This document shows, in pieces, positions 1 to 12,131 of a stretch of DNA of 64,000 nucleotides. Location of the stretch: assembly GCA_973895155.1 (NCBI GenBank), contig OZ316896.1:2666001-2730000 (forward strand). The letters are read 5' to 3'. The notes under the pieces are model-generated. The model did no database searches. It was not told the origin of the DNA and saw only the letters and a program-made list of their open reading frames with translations. Source of the stretch: Marsupella aquatica. Lineage: Eukaryota; Plantae; Marchantiophyta. Made by a program: the position numbers and the translations under genes. Position 1 is the stretch's first letter; each line of letters starts with the position of its first letter.

Positions 1-473
1 ACAAAAGGCAAACAAACCTCTTTTCATCTTATAAAATCCTAAACGTGTGATGAAGTATTGCAATGTGTAGGCATATGTCTGAGTGCTTCACGTCGAGGCA
101 GACGTCGCAACTGCTGCCTGACCTAAAGACCCTACTTGCTGAAAGCCCGAGACACAAACTTTAGAGCAAACGGACAGAGTTGTTAATGTCTGGGCTCTGG
201 AAGTATGGGCGCTACCATTTGTTGTCTAAAGACAATACTTGATGCAGAGGAGATAAAGGGAAGCTCTGAGTAATACCCGTAATCTATTCAGTTGGACAAA
301 TTTAACTTCACAAAATACTAGAGCTACGAGGTCAATAGAGTGCCATAAGTAAAAGTAAACCAAGCAGACAAAGAAAAGCAGTGTCAAAAATATTGGCAAT
401 CACTGACAGAACTTTACTTATAAAGCAATTTGACAATTAATAAGGCCAGAGAATTGGACAGCATGAGTGAAAT

Positions 474-1394
474 TTAGAGAGAGTGACAGAAAATCCAGTA
501 TGAGCAAACCTTCTGCAAGGCGGAGATTTTATCTAACGTACTCAGGTTACTCCCGGCCTCCTTATTGGGTTCAACATCAGAGACACCCTCCTCATCAAGG
601 TGATTTAGTAGCAACCTGACGAGCTCGGAGTACCCTTTCCAAGAAGCCAAATGCAAAGCTGTAAATCCATCCTGATCAGCTGCATTCACATTCAGAAACT
701 TCAAGGAGAGAAGCTCCCCAACCACATTGGAATTCCCTTGCCAAACAGCATGGTGTAAGGGTGTCCATCCGATGCAATCCCTTGCATTGCCTGCCACAAT
801 CAACTCCTCTTGCGATAACCTGGCCAATTCACAGCCCTCCCAGATCAGTCTGACCACGGCCTCACTCTTGATGGCAGCCATGTGGAGAGGGGTGAATGAC
901 TCCTGCGTGGTCCGAGCGTTGAAGAGCTCTATGCTGGGCACTTTGGCGTTCTTTACATGTTGGATGAGCTGCTGGACTATGTTGACATGCCCCTCAAACG
1001 AGGCAACATGGAGGGCAGTGATACCCCCCTTGGCTCTTGCGTGAATGTCAATGTCCGGGCGTTCCAGTAGAAGGTGCACAATCTTTTCATGGCCCTTCTT
1101 GGCGGCGACGATGAGAGGGGTGCGCTCCAGCTCGTCCCGCTTGTTCACGTCGTGGCCCTTCAGAGTCAGGAAGTAAGTTAGCTGCCGCTCCTGATTCTGG
1201 CTCGCCGCATGGTGAAGCGTCATTTTGGGTGTAGATGATGACGAGACTTTGGTTTCACCATGATCCTCTGGTTGCGCTCCAAACGAAGTTGGGAGCCTCC
1301 GCCCCGATGTCGTCAGCTCGAGCTCCAATGGATGACGATCGCCCTGGGCACCGGTCATCCCTCGTCCTCCTTTCTCTCTTTCCCTTACGTTCAT
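474..1394 (-). CDS. Ankyrin-repeat protein (about 5-6 ANK repeats); probably the first coding exon of a gene continuing leftward
   Basis: Repeated ANK consensus: TPLIVAAKKGHEKIVHLLL, TALHVASFEGHVNIVQQLI, TPLHMAA, TPLHHAVWQGNSNVVGELL, TALHLASWKGYSELVRLLL. Likely phase-0 donor AAG|GTTTG at 510/509; downstream exons could not be resolved. Confidence 0.85.
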   Translation of the reverse strand: MNVREREKGGRGMTGAQGDRHPLELELTTSGRRLPTSFGAQPEDHGETKVSSSSTPKMTLHHAASQNQERQLTYFLTLKGHDVNKRDELERTPLIVAAKKGHEKIVHLLLERPDIDIHARAKGGITALHVASFEGHVNIVQQLIQHVKNAKVPSIELFNARTTQESFTPLHMAAIKSEAVVRLIWEGCELARLSQEELIVAGNARDCIGWTPLHHAVWQGNSNVVGELLSLKFLNVNAADQDGFTALHLASWKGYSELVRLLLNHLDEEGVSDVEPNKEAGSNLSTLDKISALQKVCSYWIFCHSL

Positions 1395-3697
1395 TTACTG
1401 CATGTTCGCGATTCCAAATTTGACCTGCTTTTCCAAAATAATGCCACTATCGTGACCAGCAAACTTCTGATCATTGCAATTCTTACTACAGCTGATCCCA
1501 CGCAGAGTACGGTACGGTAGAATAGAGCCAGACGATGACGTTGTATGGGAAGGGGAGCACGCGCCTCCTGCTAGAGAATGAGAGAGTAGATTCGTCGAAC
1601 CCTGTTGAAGGGAAGGGAGAAGATGATGAATGTGCTGTTCAGTTCACCAGACTGCTTGTCAAGAGGAGCGAACTGCTTAGTCTGGAGCCGACTGGGCCCA
1701 ACGAGGACAGGTTATGATTCCGTTATATTGGATTGGTTTAGTTTGGGGTGGTTTTGGAGAGTCCCTCAACAAAAGAGTACAGATTAATGGGCGCTTTCGT
1801 GTGGTTGATAGATAGCATTGCAGTTGATCGCCCAGAATTGTGACTAAGCCCACTGAGCTCATTCGACCGATTCAAGGAGACGCGAGTGAGTAATAGTTCC
1901 CATTGAAGGTCTTCTGACTCCAATGAGAGGAGGAGAGGCGGCGGGAAAAGTTCAACTCGTTTGCAGAATCGAAGTCAGCACACAGACATCGATTTCAGAG
2001 AGCAAGAGGAATGAAGGCGGGACGAAGGACTGATCGGGGTTCGATCTCTTTTAACAGAGACTCTGTCCTACACTAGAAGACCATCAGGATCCGTGCCCTC
2101 TGAGACCACCAAACCAATCAAGCCAGCAGAGTTAGTACAGCGACATCTCCATTTGCAAAGCAATCCCTGGACTTCCCAATTTACACTTCCCAGTTCTGCA
2201 CACACAAAATCTCTCGCTCACTGACCTTCTTTCACCCATTCTGCTTTCCCTTGGTAGCTTCTTATTCCTCCTTTTATTGGCATCCGTCTTTCCCGGAAGC
2301 TCCGTCTCCGATACCGTGAGCGGCATGACTATGAGATGACCCTCACTCATTGTCTGTCCGACCTCGGATTTCATTCACGAGTTTCTGCAGCCCGGACTGA
2401 TGAAAGAAAACCAATCTGTCTCGGAGACTGGATTCAGTAGTAACTTCTCGCTTTCGGGTTTGACTCGATTGTCTCAAGTGGTCTGAGGGTTGATTGCTGT
2501 CTCTCCGAAGGAATCTCCCAGCATTTCTCCACTTTTTACTCGTCTGCCTCAATCTCTGTTTCTCCGAGGGGGTCTCCCAGAATCCGCCATACTTCATTCG
2601 TCTGCCTCAATCTCTGCGACTGACCTTCTCGGTCTGTCTCTCACTCAATACATGTCTCTTCTTCCCTCACTGAATCGATCATGATGTCTCCTTTCGGAGT
2701 CTCTCTCTCAATCTCTGGCTATAATTTCGGGCTCGCTCGCTCGCTGATCTCTTCGATTTTGGAGTCTTTTCATACAATTCTATCTGGATGTGAGATTCTA
2801 TTTGACCAACAGTTCTCATCAGTTTGGTGAGACTCCTCGTTGACGCTCATTTTCGCATCAATATATCGAATGGTTGTACTTTCGCTGTCTTACTCGCTGG
2901 TTCTCTTCCCTTTGGGGTCATTGTGATTCAGCTTTTGGTGTCTCTCTCCGTTCCTTCGCTCATTGTGGGGAAAAATATCTTTCTAGATTTCGTTTTTCCC
3001 AGCTCTCAAACCTTCATGGACGACCAACCTCGTATGCTTTAAACCACAGGAGAAGTGTCCAAAACTTCTCACTTTTCCACATTTCTTTCGACTAGTCGGC
3101 TAGAGGAGTTTGACTTTCCTCTACGAGTGAGACTTTGTTCCACGAGTGAGACTTTGTTCCACAATTTTAGGAAAAACTAACTAAAAATGGTGTATCCAAG
3201 TTTTGACATGTGCAGGGGCGCTTTAATTGCCAATCAGTCTAACGCTATTACCAATCTGGGATTGAAATCTCTCTTTGCATTACTCAGCATTGGATTTTGT
3301 CCTCCCCCTCCCCTCCAAACTCACACTAATGAAATTTTTTTTGCCTTGAAAGCCAAAGTAGGCCACACTAATTTTTATTTATTTTTGCCTTGAAAGCCAA
3401 AGTAGGCCCATCCAACAGGGATAAAAGTCCTGCTCTGGAGCATGCAAGTTTATGTAGAGGAGGCACAAAAGTACAATACCTAGGGATCTGACCAGGACCC
3501 AGATCAGGAGGGAGAGAGGGTTGAACCAGGGCCCCAAAGTGGACTAGCCAGGGGCTGAGGAGAAACCAAGACTCCCACCAGTACACCCCACCCACGCATA
3601 CACACACATACCCTCGCCACCCCTTGCGTGTGGAGGGTTTAGGGCTTAAGATTTGTCTCACTTTTTGCTACATTGTCTTGCTATTTGATTGACACCC

Positions 3698-3835
3698 TTT
3701 CCAGGCTGTAATTTCTGCTCAGCTTACCATTTCCTCCTCAATAATTTGATTTATTTTTGGGGCTCTTTTCCAGGCTGTAATTTCTGCTCAGCTTACCATT
3801 TCCTCCTCAATAATTTGATTTATTTTTGGGGCTCT
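3698..3835. repeat. Tandem duplication, about 69 bp x2
   Basis: tttccaggctgtaatttctgctcagcttaccatttcctcctcaataatttgatttatttttggggctc occurs twice head-to-tail. Smaller duplications lie nearby at about 3123-3162 (19 bp x2) and 3322-3410 (about 42 bp x2). Confidence 0.9.
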
Positions 3836-4317
3836 GTTCCACCGTGCATAGCTATGATCCTTAATGCCACCTCCTTTTTGCTTGCTGACCTCTCTCTTGT
3901 TTCTTAACTCCACACAAGTTCAAATCTCAAAATGCCCTTACATTGCGTGTGATGGACATAGAAATCTCAAAATGTTCTTGCACTGAGTATGATGAACATT
4001 TAGAGACATACAACAAGAAAATCGTGCAGGGGTTTAAGTACTATAAAAGGTGTATAGTATAGCAAGAGAGTACCACAATAATGGAATGCCAATATTTTAG
4101 TCATCAATTTACATTCAATTCGTATATATATATTCGCAGTAACAGAAAGTCAATAAGCAAAACGATACCGTGAGGGAGATGACTATTGGATGGGTGGTAG
4201 GGTGCAAGCCAAACACTTGGAGGAGCCTGAGTGGATTAAATAAAGCCATGCAATGTTGTGGTAGATGGAGGTGGACCCTTGTGACCATCCTGTTGACTCC
4301 TGGTGGCACAATGGGTT

Positions 4318-4785
4318 TACAGTAGCCTTCCTGGCTCGGTTTGACCTTGCCCGTCAAACTGGCCGAAAAGGGCCGGAAAATCGGCAACCCGGCACCCGGG
4401 CTCGGGAGTAGTCCGGGGGGGGTGGGTTCGGGTTCGGGGGGGTTCGGGTTCGGGGGCGGTTCGAGGGCGCTCCGGGGGGGGTTCGGGGGGGTCCAGGGGG
4501 GCGGTCCGGGTTTGGGTTCGGGTGCGGTCCGGGGGGGCAGGTTTGGGTTCGGGGTCCGGCCGGGGAGAGGCAGTCCCGGGGGGGTTTGGGTTCAGGGTTC
4601 GGGGTTCGGGGTCCGGGGGGGAGGCGGTCCGGGGGGGTTCGGGTCCAGGTCCGGGGGGGTTCGGATCCGGGTGAGTTCGGGAGAATCTTATCAAATATCC
4701 GTCAAATTGGTCATTTGACAATTTGACGTGCCCAGCAAGGCGTCAAGGTGCCCGTCAGGTTAAACCAGGCTTCCTGGTAACTGCA
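4318..4785. mobile_element. MITE-like non-autonomous element with a G-rich (GGGTTC/GGGTCC)n interior
   Basis: Imperfect inverted termini: left TACAGTAG...CTCGGTTTGACC, right (reverse complement) TGCAGTTA...CCTGGTTTAACC. The interior at about 4395-4682 is G-run minisatellite, and the termini resemble those of the element at 11012-11590. Confidence 0.55.
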
Positions 4786-6339
4786 CATCAAAAGGCAGGA
4801 GCTGTGTATTGTGCCACGTTGCCCATCACACATTGGATGGATTTTTAATACCATGATCAACCCATTGTTCTCTATATCATTGAGCAATGTTCCTTGACTG
4901 TATGTAGCTAGGTACGTCATAGGCTGTTGCGTTTTGAGGTGCACTTACTAGGATGCCTAATAGGGGGTGTGGAAGCCCTATAGTGTCTACAAAAGTGGAG
5001 GGTTCACTGCCACCCCCTCTCATGCAAATAGGGGGTGTTACAAGAACTCAGGCGTTGGTCTTTCTTTTTTCTATGTTGGCCATTCAAATGTGGGAACAAG
5101 CCACATTTACAGGAACTTGGAGGCACAATAATCATCCTAGTCACAAGTTGCCCTATTTGTTAATCAACAACTTAGACCATCCCTTGAGGCACTCTAAAGA
5201 ATAGGCTGCTTGATCCATTTTGGTTCAGGATCTTGCATTTATTCTCTCTACACATGCCACATTTTGGTTCAGGCATTTTAACTTTAGTAAGTGCAATGGA
5301 CGTCAGGTTTGCAATAGGTGGATGGTGATATTCTGTTTTCCTGAGCTCTTGTAAAACCTCTCTAATTCCCTTGAGGATCATGTGAGTCACTCCTTTGACA
5401 TTAACCATTGGAGTCTCTGGACGGCACCAAAAGTTCTTTCTTCTTCTCTTCTCTTTCTGTGATGGATGACTGTGTCAACGGTTTCTGGGTGCCCTTCCAT
5501 GACAAGCTACCTGTGGGCAATTTGACACCCCTAATACAACTTCCAGGAGCATACAATAAACTTTTCTGGCGCAGTCCATAGTTGCCTTCCAATCCTCATT
5601 ATATCTATATCCCCTCCACTAATCATACATCAGAATGTGATAATATAAGGTGTGCACTCACTAATTTAAAGAAAAGAATGAGGTTTATCATGGTATGGAG
5701 TGATGTTTTTACATCTTATGTCATATTTTAATGCGCAATTATCTGGACCCTAACTTTGTACCGTACATGTGCATCGATTTGCCAACTTGTGGATAAGTGC
5801 AGGGCAATTCCCTCAAAATTCTGGTCACTTGCTCTCAATGATGGAAGTTGTTCTAAACTTGTGGATAAAGTTCTGGGCTTCTGGCCTTTTGTGAAAAAAC
5901 TAAAAAATTAAAATTAAAAAATGATGGAAGTTGTTTGTCCATTACAGACTCTTTGGAATGTCAGAAAGGCGTGCTAGTTAGGGCTGGTACTTCTTTTACC
6001 ATGGTGGGCTGTTGCCAAGATGTCTCCTTGCCTGGCTGGTCTCTGTTATTGGGTTTAACTGGTCAGTAAAACTGATTTTCTAAACATAATTATGGTGTTT
6101 GCCTATTAATATAGGCCCAAAGTCTCTCTTATTAAGTTTAATTCTGGTGTTTCCCTTGTAATATGCACCCAAATGTGTTTTTAATACAAAATTCTGGCGA
6201 CTTCGTGTCTATATGCACCCAAAACTGCAGTTTTAAAGTGCAGCACTAAATTATATGGTTTTGTAAAGAAGCATTTGAGAATAAGTCTGATGCAGTTATC
6301 TACAGTAGTTATGAAGTGCATGTAGGGATTGGGGTATGT

Positions 6340-7185
6340 GTGACCTGATAGCACATATGGGGAAGTGCGTAAGCACTTTTTCATGCTTATAGCACACACA
6401 TTGTGCATAATGCATGGTGATAGCACATGTGAGGAAGTGCATAAGCAATTTCACATGCACTTATAGCCTAGGGCTCATTGTGCATGGTCGAATGCCTTTA
6501 TACACATGGTAGACTGTTGGCTGTTTCTTATGCATTGTTTTATCTTTACTAACTATTACCTCGCACTCTCCTGATCAAACCCGGCGGGTCATCTTGCCAA
6601 TGACATTTTGGCAGTACTTTAATTCCAGTTATGTTTTGTCTTTACTAACTAATCCCTTGCATTCTCCTAATCAAACCGGGCACATCATCTCGCCAATTAC
6701 ATTTCGGCAGTACTTGAGTTGGAGTTTGGCTCGAAAACCACTCATCATTCTGACACTATTTGCTTCTCCCACATTAAATCTATTTCTCTTGGGCCAAATT
6801 GAGATGCTTTTGAGTGTTTCTCACGTTATGTTTTAATCTCTTGGGTCCCGATTTGATGATATGCGACATCTTTCCCTCACGTGGATTTCTTGGTTTTTCA
6901 ACTCACATTGAGGTCTTCTAAAGACTGCTTATGCAACTACCTCTCACATTGAGGTTCTTCTAAAGACTGCCCATACAACTTTCTCTCACGTGTTTTCCTT
7001 GGTTTTTCATCAAATTGAGGTTCTTCTAAAGACTGCTTATGCAGCTACCTCTCACATTGAGGTTCTTCTAAAGACTGCTCATACAACTACACTGTTTTAC
7101 AGTAGTTAGTGTTACTACGAAAATAGTGCCATGCAACTACCTCTCACATTGAGGTTCTTCTAAATGCTCCTGCAACTACTTTAGT
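6340..7185. repeat. Cluster of degenerate tandem duplications
   Basis: tgatagcaca...cttatagc x2 (6346-6468); tctttactaacta...ggcagtactt x2 (6543-6716); about five copies of a (ctcacatt)gaggttcttctaaagactgc-type unit (6902-7170). Confidence 0.8.
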
Positions 7186-8479
7186 GCGTTTTCTTTAAGG
7201 CATCCCTTTGGTCATTTCCATCTGGATCGTTCCCCATGAATTTCCCAAAGAATAACGATTCTTGATTTCCTTTCCGAACCAAAAGTTGTCTTTGAAACTT
7301 GGGACATTGTCATCCAGAAATCCGGATTCAGATTGAAACAATTTAAGCAAATTTGGTGAGCTGGGCTGTCTTCACGATTATTAGGTTCGTCTTTTATACT
7401 TTCACATCCTCCAACTCTTTCAAGACAACTTTCGACGGACACCCTGGTCTTCAGAAAGACTCTCAAATGTAGAAAGACATGTACACTTCTTTAATTGCAA
7501 ACGCAGAGGCACATGACTTCACTTTTCTGACGGAAAACAGAAAATACCACTATTCCAAAGGTATTTGCTTCGGCAAGTGCTTCTGGTTCAACAAACTTCC
7601 CTTAGCATTGTGTTGATGGCTTGCATTCGACGCTTTCTCACAGGGAAGGACTGGCAATGCTGACGCATGAACTCGATCGAAAAGTAACTCCCATGGCTTA
7701 TGAATACAAAAATCACGCAGCACTCACGAAATTAAAAAGGAAGCAAAAATTCAACATTCGGTGTCCCAAATTTTAGAGCAAGGAGTGCGTTCTGTAAGGT
7801 CGAAAAGAACCTTCAATGTCGATGACGGAACTATATGCAAGCGAAGAGGAGGCAAGTACCGGCAGTTAAATACTGGAGCCCTAACAGGAAACCAAGCTGA
7901 ACAAAATCGGCTGCTTTTGGACGAAAGTCCCGACCGTCTACCTAAAACCAATAGATGACAATGCTCCATACCCAATCGTCGAAACAGTGAGAGAAATAAG
8001 GTGGAGCATCACGAACGAACACCTGCTTTGTTCATAAGTAAGATCCAGGCCAATCTCTTTGGCTAAGGAACAGTCGGAGTCAGTCTCCCCTTTAGTTAAA
8101 CATTCAAGTCTTCTCTGGATACTATATGCGACTCTACTACCTTCAACACCACTCAACCAATCCAGAAGATAAAGGAGAAAGAAGGAATTGAGGGTGAAGT
8201 ATCCAGAAAACAATTCTCTTCCTCTTGAACTCAGTGCCCAATGGTCGTCTCGACTCCTGTTTTAATTAACAAAAAATGGCCCCTTTCCACCCAGCCTTGA
8301 GTGGATTAACATTATTCATTTCCGTCCCCTAAAATTCATTACTAGTGAAAAAATTTGTACTAATCTTGGGGATGAAAAATTAAAATTATGAATTACCTTC
8401 ACGAGCGGCTAATAAAGCAATCACTAATGGACCTGATGCAACGACTGAACCCAGATGGTGGTCATAGGTTTTATTTGAT

Positions 8480-10588
8480 CTATGAACCCCACGATTGTCG
8501 TCGTTGTCCACCAAAACCTCCTCTTCCCCCACTACTACCTCCACCCCGTCCTCCTCTTCCACCGCCGCCATAACCTCCACCACCTCTTCCACCATACCCT
8601 CCTCGGGCCGCAGAATTATCCCGCTCTGGACGAGCCTTTACCTCGGGCAACTGCTCACAGACTTCTATGGTGAATCCACAACCATCACCGCCACCTGCAA
8701 TGAAATCCTTCACAAGAGTAGATTTCACATCAAATACAGCAGCCTTTCCATCGGCTGTAATTTGCATCCGTCTTACCTCTTCTATTGCTTCCTCACTTAA
8801 GAACTTCCTCAAGCAGTTGAAAGCGAAGGTGGGGGAGTAAATAGTGGCTCCTCCAGCATTGAGCAAGAGTGTAGTGACATCCTCCTGAGATGTGAACAGC
8901 GATCTCTTCTTCACATCAGAATGTCCAGTGACTTTGGCAAGAGCCTTGGCAAGAAGATCCACTGGGGACAGATCAGAGCTATCTACCAGCTCCTGAGCAG
9001 CAGCTCTAAACAAGGGAATGACACTATCTGAAACAGTGCGGATAGTGTCAAGTGCAGTTGCACTTGAAGCTTTGGCAATATCAGCTGGTTTGGGGACATC
9101 GATCCGTTCAAACTTAAACCCAGCTTTCCTCTCAATCTGGGGTATCATCCACTCTTTCTTCCGGTCAAACAGCATCACAGATATACCGAGCTTACCAGCT
9201 CTTCCAGTCCGACCAGAGCGATGAATGTAAGTCTCTGCGTCTCTAGGAGGTTCGCACTGTACAACTAGCTGCACATCATTGATATCCAGCCCTCGGGCTG
9301 CAACATCTGTGGCAACTAAGGTACTAAACTTGCCTGAGCGGAATGCTGCCAGCGTTGATTCCCGTAAACTTTGGGAGATGTCTCCATGAATGGCCCTAGC
9401 AGTACCGTGGGGGAGTGCTCCTGCTAACTCTGAAGCATCATTCTTAGTCTCTGTGAAAACTATGCAGCGTCCACCTCTCCCATGACAGCTAATTGTATCC
9501 GTAACAACCGGAGCTCGTGCATGATAGCCACAAGGCATCAAGTAATGCTTCACGGCAGCACTCGCCTTCATCTTCTCATCTCCAACAAGATCCACCACAA
9601 TCTTCCCGGGTTTCAAAAATCTGTCCGCTATCTTTTTCACCCACTCGGGCATTGTTGCACTGAACAATAAGGTCTGCACCCTGGAGGCATCCTCCACCCC
9701 TCCGAGAATAGTCTCCACGTCCTCCACAAACCCCATATTCAGCATCTCATCAGCCTCGTCCAGCACTCTGAATTTCAGCGTCTTCAGGTTCAGACTCCCT
9801 CTGTTCATGTGATCCTTGATCCGGCCTGGTGTACCAACGACAACATCCACACCCCTGCGCATAGCATTCCCTTGCGGACCCATAGGAGCACCCCCGTAGA
9901 CCGCCAAGGTTTCCAGCCCCACCGAGCCCCCGTAGAATTCAAAATCAGCATGAATCTGCTTGGCCAGCTCTCGGGTGGGAGACAAGACAATGACACTCGG
10001 TGATCTTCCATGTCTTCTGTTGTTTTGGCCCTCCTTCGTCAGCGACTCCAAAATGGGAAGCACAAAGGCGAGCGTTTTGCCCTGCCCTGTGCGTGCTCGA
10101 CCGACGACATCTTGACCGTCGAAAACCGATTTAAACGTCGCCGCCTGGATGGGAAAAAGAGTCTCAATCCCTTTGGACTTCAATTTATTTCTCAAGGCCG
10201 GGGAAATGTTGAAATTGGACACCGCATTCGGATCAACCTCAGCCTCAGGCTCGACCGATCCATTCTCACTACTCTGCTCGCTACCAGACTTCGCCTTCTT
10301 CGAGACCTTCTGCTCCTCCCCTTCCTGGCTCTCAGCTTTCTTCCTCTTCTTAATTTTCCGTTCACTTTCAGTAACATCCATCTCCAAGTCAGGCGGGGCT
10401 CCAGACCCATTCTCCAGCGGCTGTTCCTTCTTACTCTTTTTCTTTTTCTCCCCGTCGGCAGACTTAGACGATAACTTTGTCGCCCCGTCCACCATATCCG
10501 CAGATTTCAACTTCTTCACCTTCTGAATAATGACGGGAGCCATCGACAAGGCCTCAGCAGGGGCCATCGCTCCCTCCACTCCAGGCAT
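8480..10588 (-). CDS. RH7: DEAD-box RNA helicase 7 (DDX21/nucleolar RNA helicase II type, with GUCT domain and RGG tail), single coding exon, 702 aa
   Basis: Lys-rich N-terminus, Q motif LFPIQ, ARTGQGKT, PTRELA, TPGR, DEAD, SAT, ARGLD, HRSGRTGRAG, a GUCT-like region and a C-terminal RGG box. Confidence 0.95.
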   Translation of the reverse strand: MPGVEGAMAPAEALSMAPVIIQKVKKLKSADMVDGATKLSSKSADGEKKKKSKKEQPLENGSGAPPDLEMDVTESERKIKKRKKAESQEGEEQKVSKKAKSGSEQSSENGSVEPEAEVDPNAVSNFNISPALRNKLKSKGIETLFPIQAATFKSVFDGQDVVGRARTGQGKTLAFVLPILESLTKEGQNNRRHGRSPSVIVLSPTRELAKQIHADFEFYGGSVGLETLAVYGGAPMGPQGNAMRRGVDVVVGTPGRIKDHMNRGSLNLKTLKFRVLDEADEMLNMGFVEDVETILGGVEDASRVQTLLFSATMPEWVKKIADRFLKPGKIVVDLVGDEKMKASAAVKHYLMPCGYHARAPVVTDTISCHGRGGRCIVFTETKNDASELAGALPHGTARAIHGDISQSLRESTLAAFRSGKFSTLVATDVAARGLDINDVQLVVQCEPPRDAETYIHRSGRTGRAGKLGISVMLFDRKKEWMIPQIERKAGFKFERIDVPKPADIAKASSATALDTIRTVSDSVIPLFRAAAQELVDSSDLSPVDLLAKALAKVTGHSDVKKRSLFTSQEDVTTLLLNAGGATIYSPTFAFNCLRKFLSEEAIEEVRRMQITADGKAAVFDVKSTLVKDFIAGGGDGCGFTIEVCEQLPEVKARPERDNSAARGGYGGRGGGGYGGGGRGGRGGGSSGGRGGFGGQRRQSWGS

Positions 10589-10863
10589 CTGTACACCGCC
10601 CTCCTCACTTGCAAAGCTAAATTCTCACCAGAACAAACTGTACAAACCACTGATCTCAACAAAACGATGAATACCTAATGTCGAGCAGAGAACGAGGCCG
10701 AGCCGATGGACAAGACCTAGTAATAGCTCGAAATTCGGACCACCTCGGAGCGATGCCTTCGCTCTTCGATGCGGCGGAGAAGAATTCCAGTCTTCTCTCC
10801 GTGTTGAGGAGAGGAATGGAAGAGGAAGAGCACAACGAGAGAGGTTTTACACTAGTTCCTTCG

Positions 10864-10972
10864 TTTAGGGTTTCCTGGCAGCTTCATAATCCTTAGGTTT
10901 CGACACTTTTCGCGGGAACGTTCTCAGGAGAGAGTTTGGGTCCATTCGTTTTAGGGTTCCATGCCCCTAAAC
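10864..10972 (-). promoter_or_regulatory. Telo-box cluster upstream of RH7
   Basis: tttagggttt (reverse complement AAACCCTAAA) at 10864-10873, with variants near 10893, 10950 and 10965. Telo-boxes are typical of promoters and 5' regions of plant ribosome-biogenesis genes. Confidence 0.6.
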
Positions 10973-11011
10973 CTTGGAGTTCGTCCTTCATGACAAACTG
11001 GCAGAGCGGGC

Positions 11012-11590
11012 TGTAGTTAATTGTTATCCCGGTTTGAACTTGCCTTACAAATAGAGCCTTTATAGGCCGTCAATTTGCAAGTCGGCACCCGGACCATCCC
11101 TGTCCCGGCCCCATCCCGAGTTCCTCACTTCAACCCCCCCTCCCCCAGGCCCCATCCCCCGGTCTCCCCCGCCTTTTTACTCCCCCGGTCCAGGCCCCAG
11201 CCCTATCCACCGGTCCTGGCCCGAGTTGAACTCCCCCCCCCCCCCTACCGGTCCCCATCCCCCGGTCTCCCCTATTTATGCACACTCCCGGCCCTGGGCT
11301 GGAGTTTAGGGCTAGGCCGGGCCGGCAGGGAGGAGGGTGGGTGCGGGGCAGGGCCGGGTCCGGGGAGGGGAAGGGCTGCAGGGTCCGGAATGAGGCCGGG
11401 TCTTGGCCGGGAATGGTTTGGGCTGGGCCAAGCCGGGCCGGGGAATAATCAGGAATATCTGGCAAATAGAGGTCCGACAAATGACAAGTTTATGTGCCGG
11501 GCAACTCGACAACTTGCCCGTAACTTCAAACCGGGATCCCTATGGTTAACCTAGGTCAACCCTAACTGAACTAAAGGCAACTACTATAGT
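11012..11590. mobile_element. MITE-like foldback element with a C-rich left half and G-rich right half
   Basis: Perfect 13-bp inverted repeat ATCCCGGTTTGAA (11026-11038) / TTCAAACCGGGAT (11525-11537). Subterminal sequence is similar to the 4318-4785 element (ggtttgaccttgccc vs ggtttgaacttgcct; gcccgtcaggttaaacc vs gcccgtaacttcaaacc). Confidence 0.6.
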
Positions 11591-12131
11591 TCAACGACAA
11601 TTGCACTTATAAAGGATTACGGATTACCCATAGCTCTCATTATACATTGCATCTCATTATACATTGCACAAGGTTCAATTTTAGTAAGAATGGGCTTGAG
11701 CTCCAGAACAGATGTTGAGTGCTCCACCTTTTATTGTGAGTAGTGAAACATGGAATAGAGATTTTACAGTGGGAGGTGTGATTTAAACAATTTGGTTTTT
11801 GAGAGCTCGATGGCCATGGGCCTGGAAGAGCCCCTTTTGGGGGGCAGAAATTAATCATTCACTTAAAATTAAAACCAAGCTGGCAAATGATACTCGGCTA
11901 AACTTTGGAACAATCTATCATTTGCCAGGATCTAATCCACTGTGAGGGAGTGTTTGCCAGAGAGTAGTGCACAATGGACTATCCAGAGATTTCACAAAAT
12001 GTGTAAATTGACTATTATGAAATTATTACATACTAAATTGGCAACACCTATGGTAAAGGTGAGTCAATAGAGAGCAATAGGATGGTTATTAGAACACTGA
12101 GTAAACCAAGCCAACCCACATTGCGCACCAA

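Noticed and set aside
4317-4721. Pro-rich and Gly-rich ORFs (134 aa and 125 aa) on both strands
   Set aside because: Translations of the G-run minisatellite, with no domain or gene context.
11075-11554. Pro/Gly-rich ORFs resembling extensin
   Set aside because: Products of the GC-rich foldback element, with no signal peptide or SPPPP periodicity.
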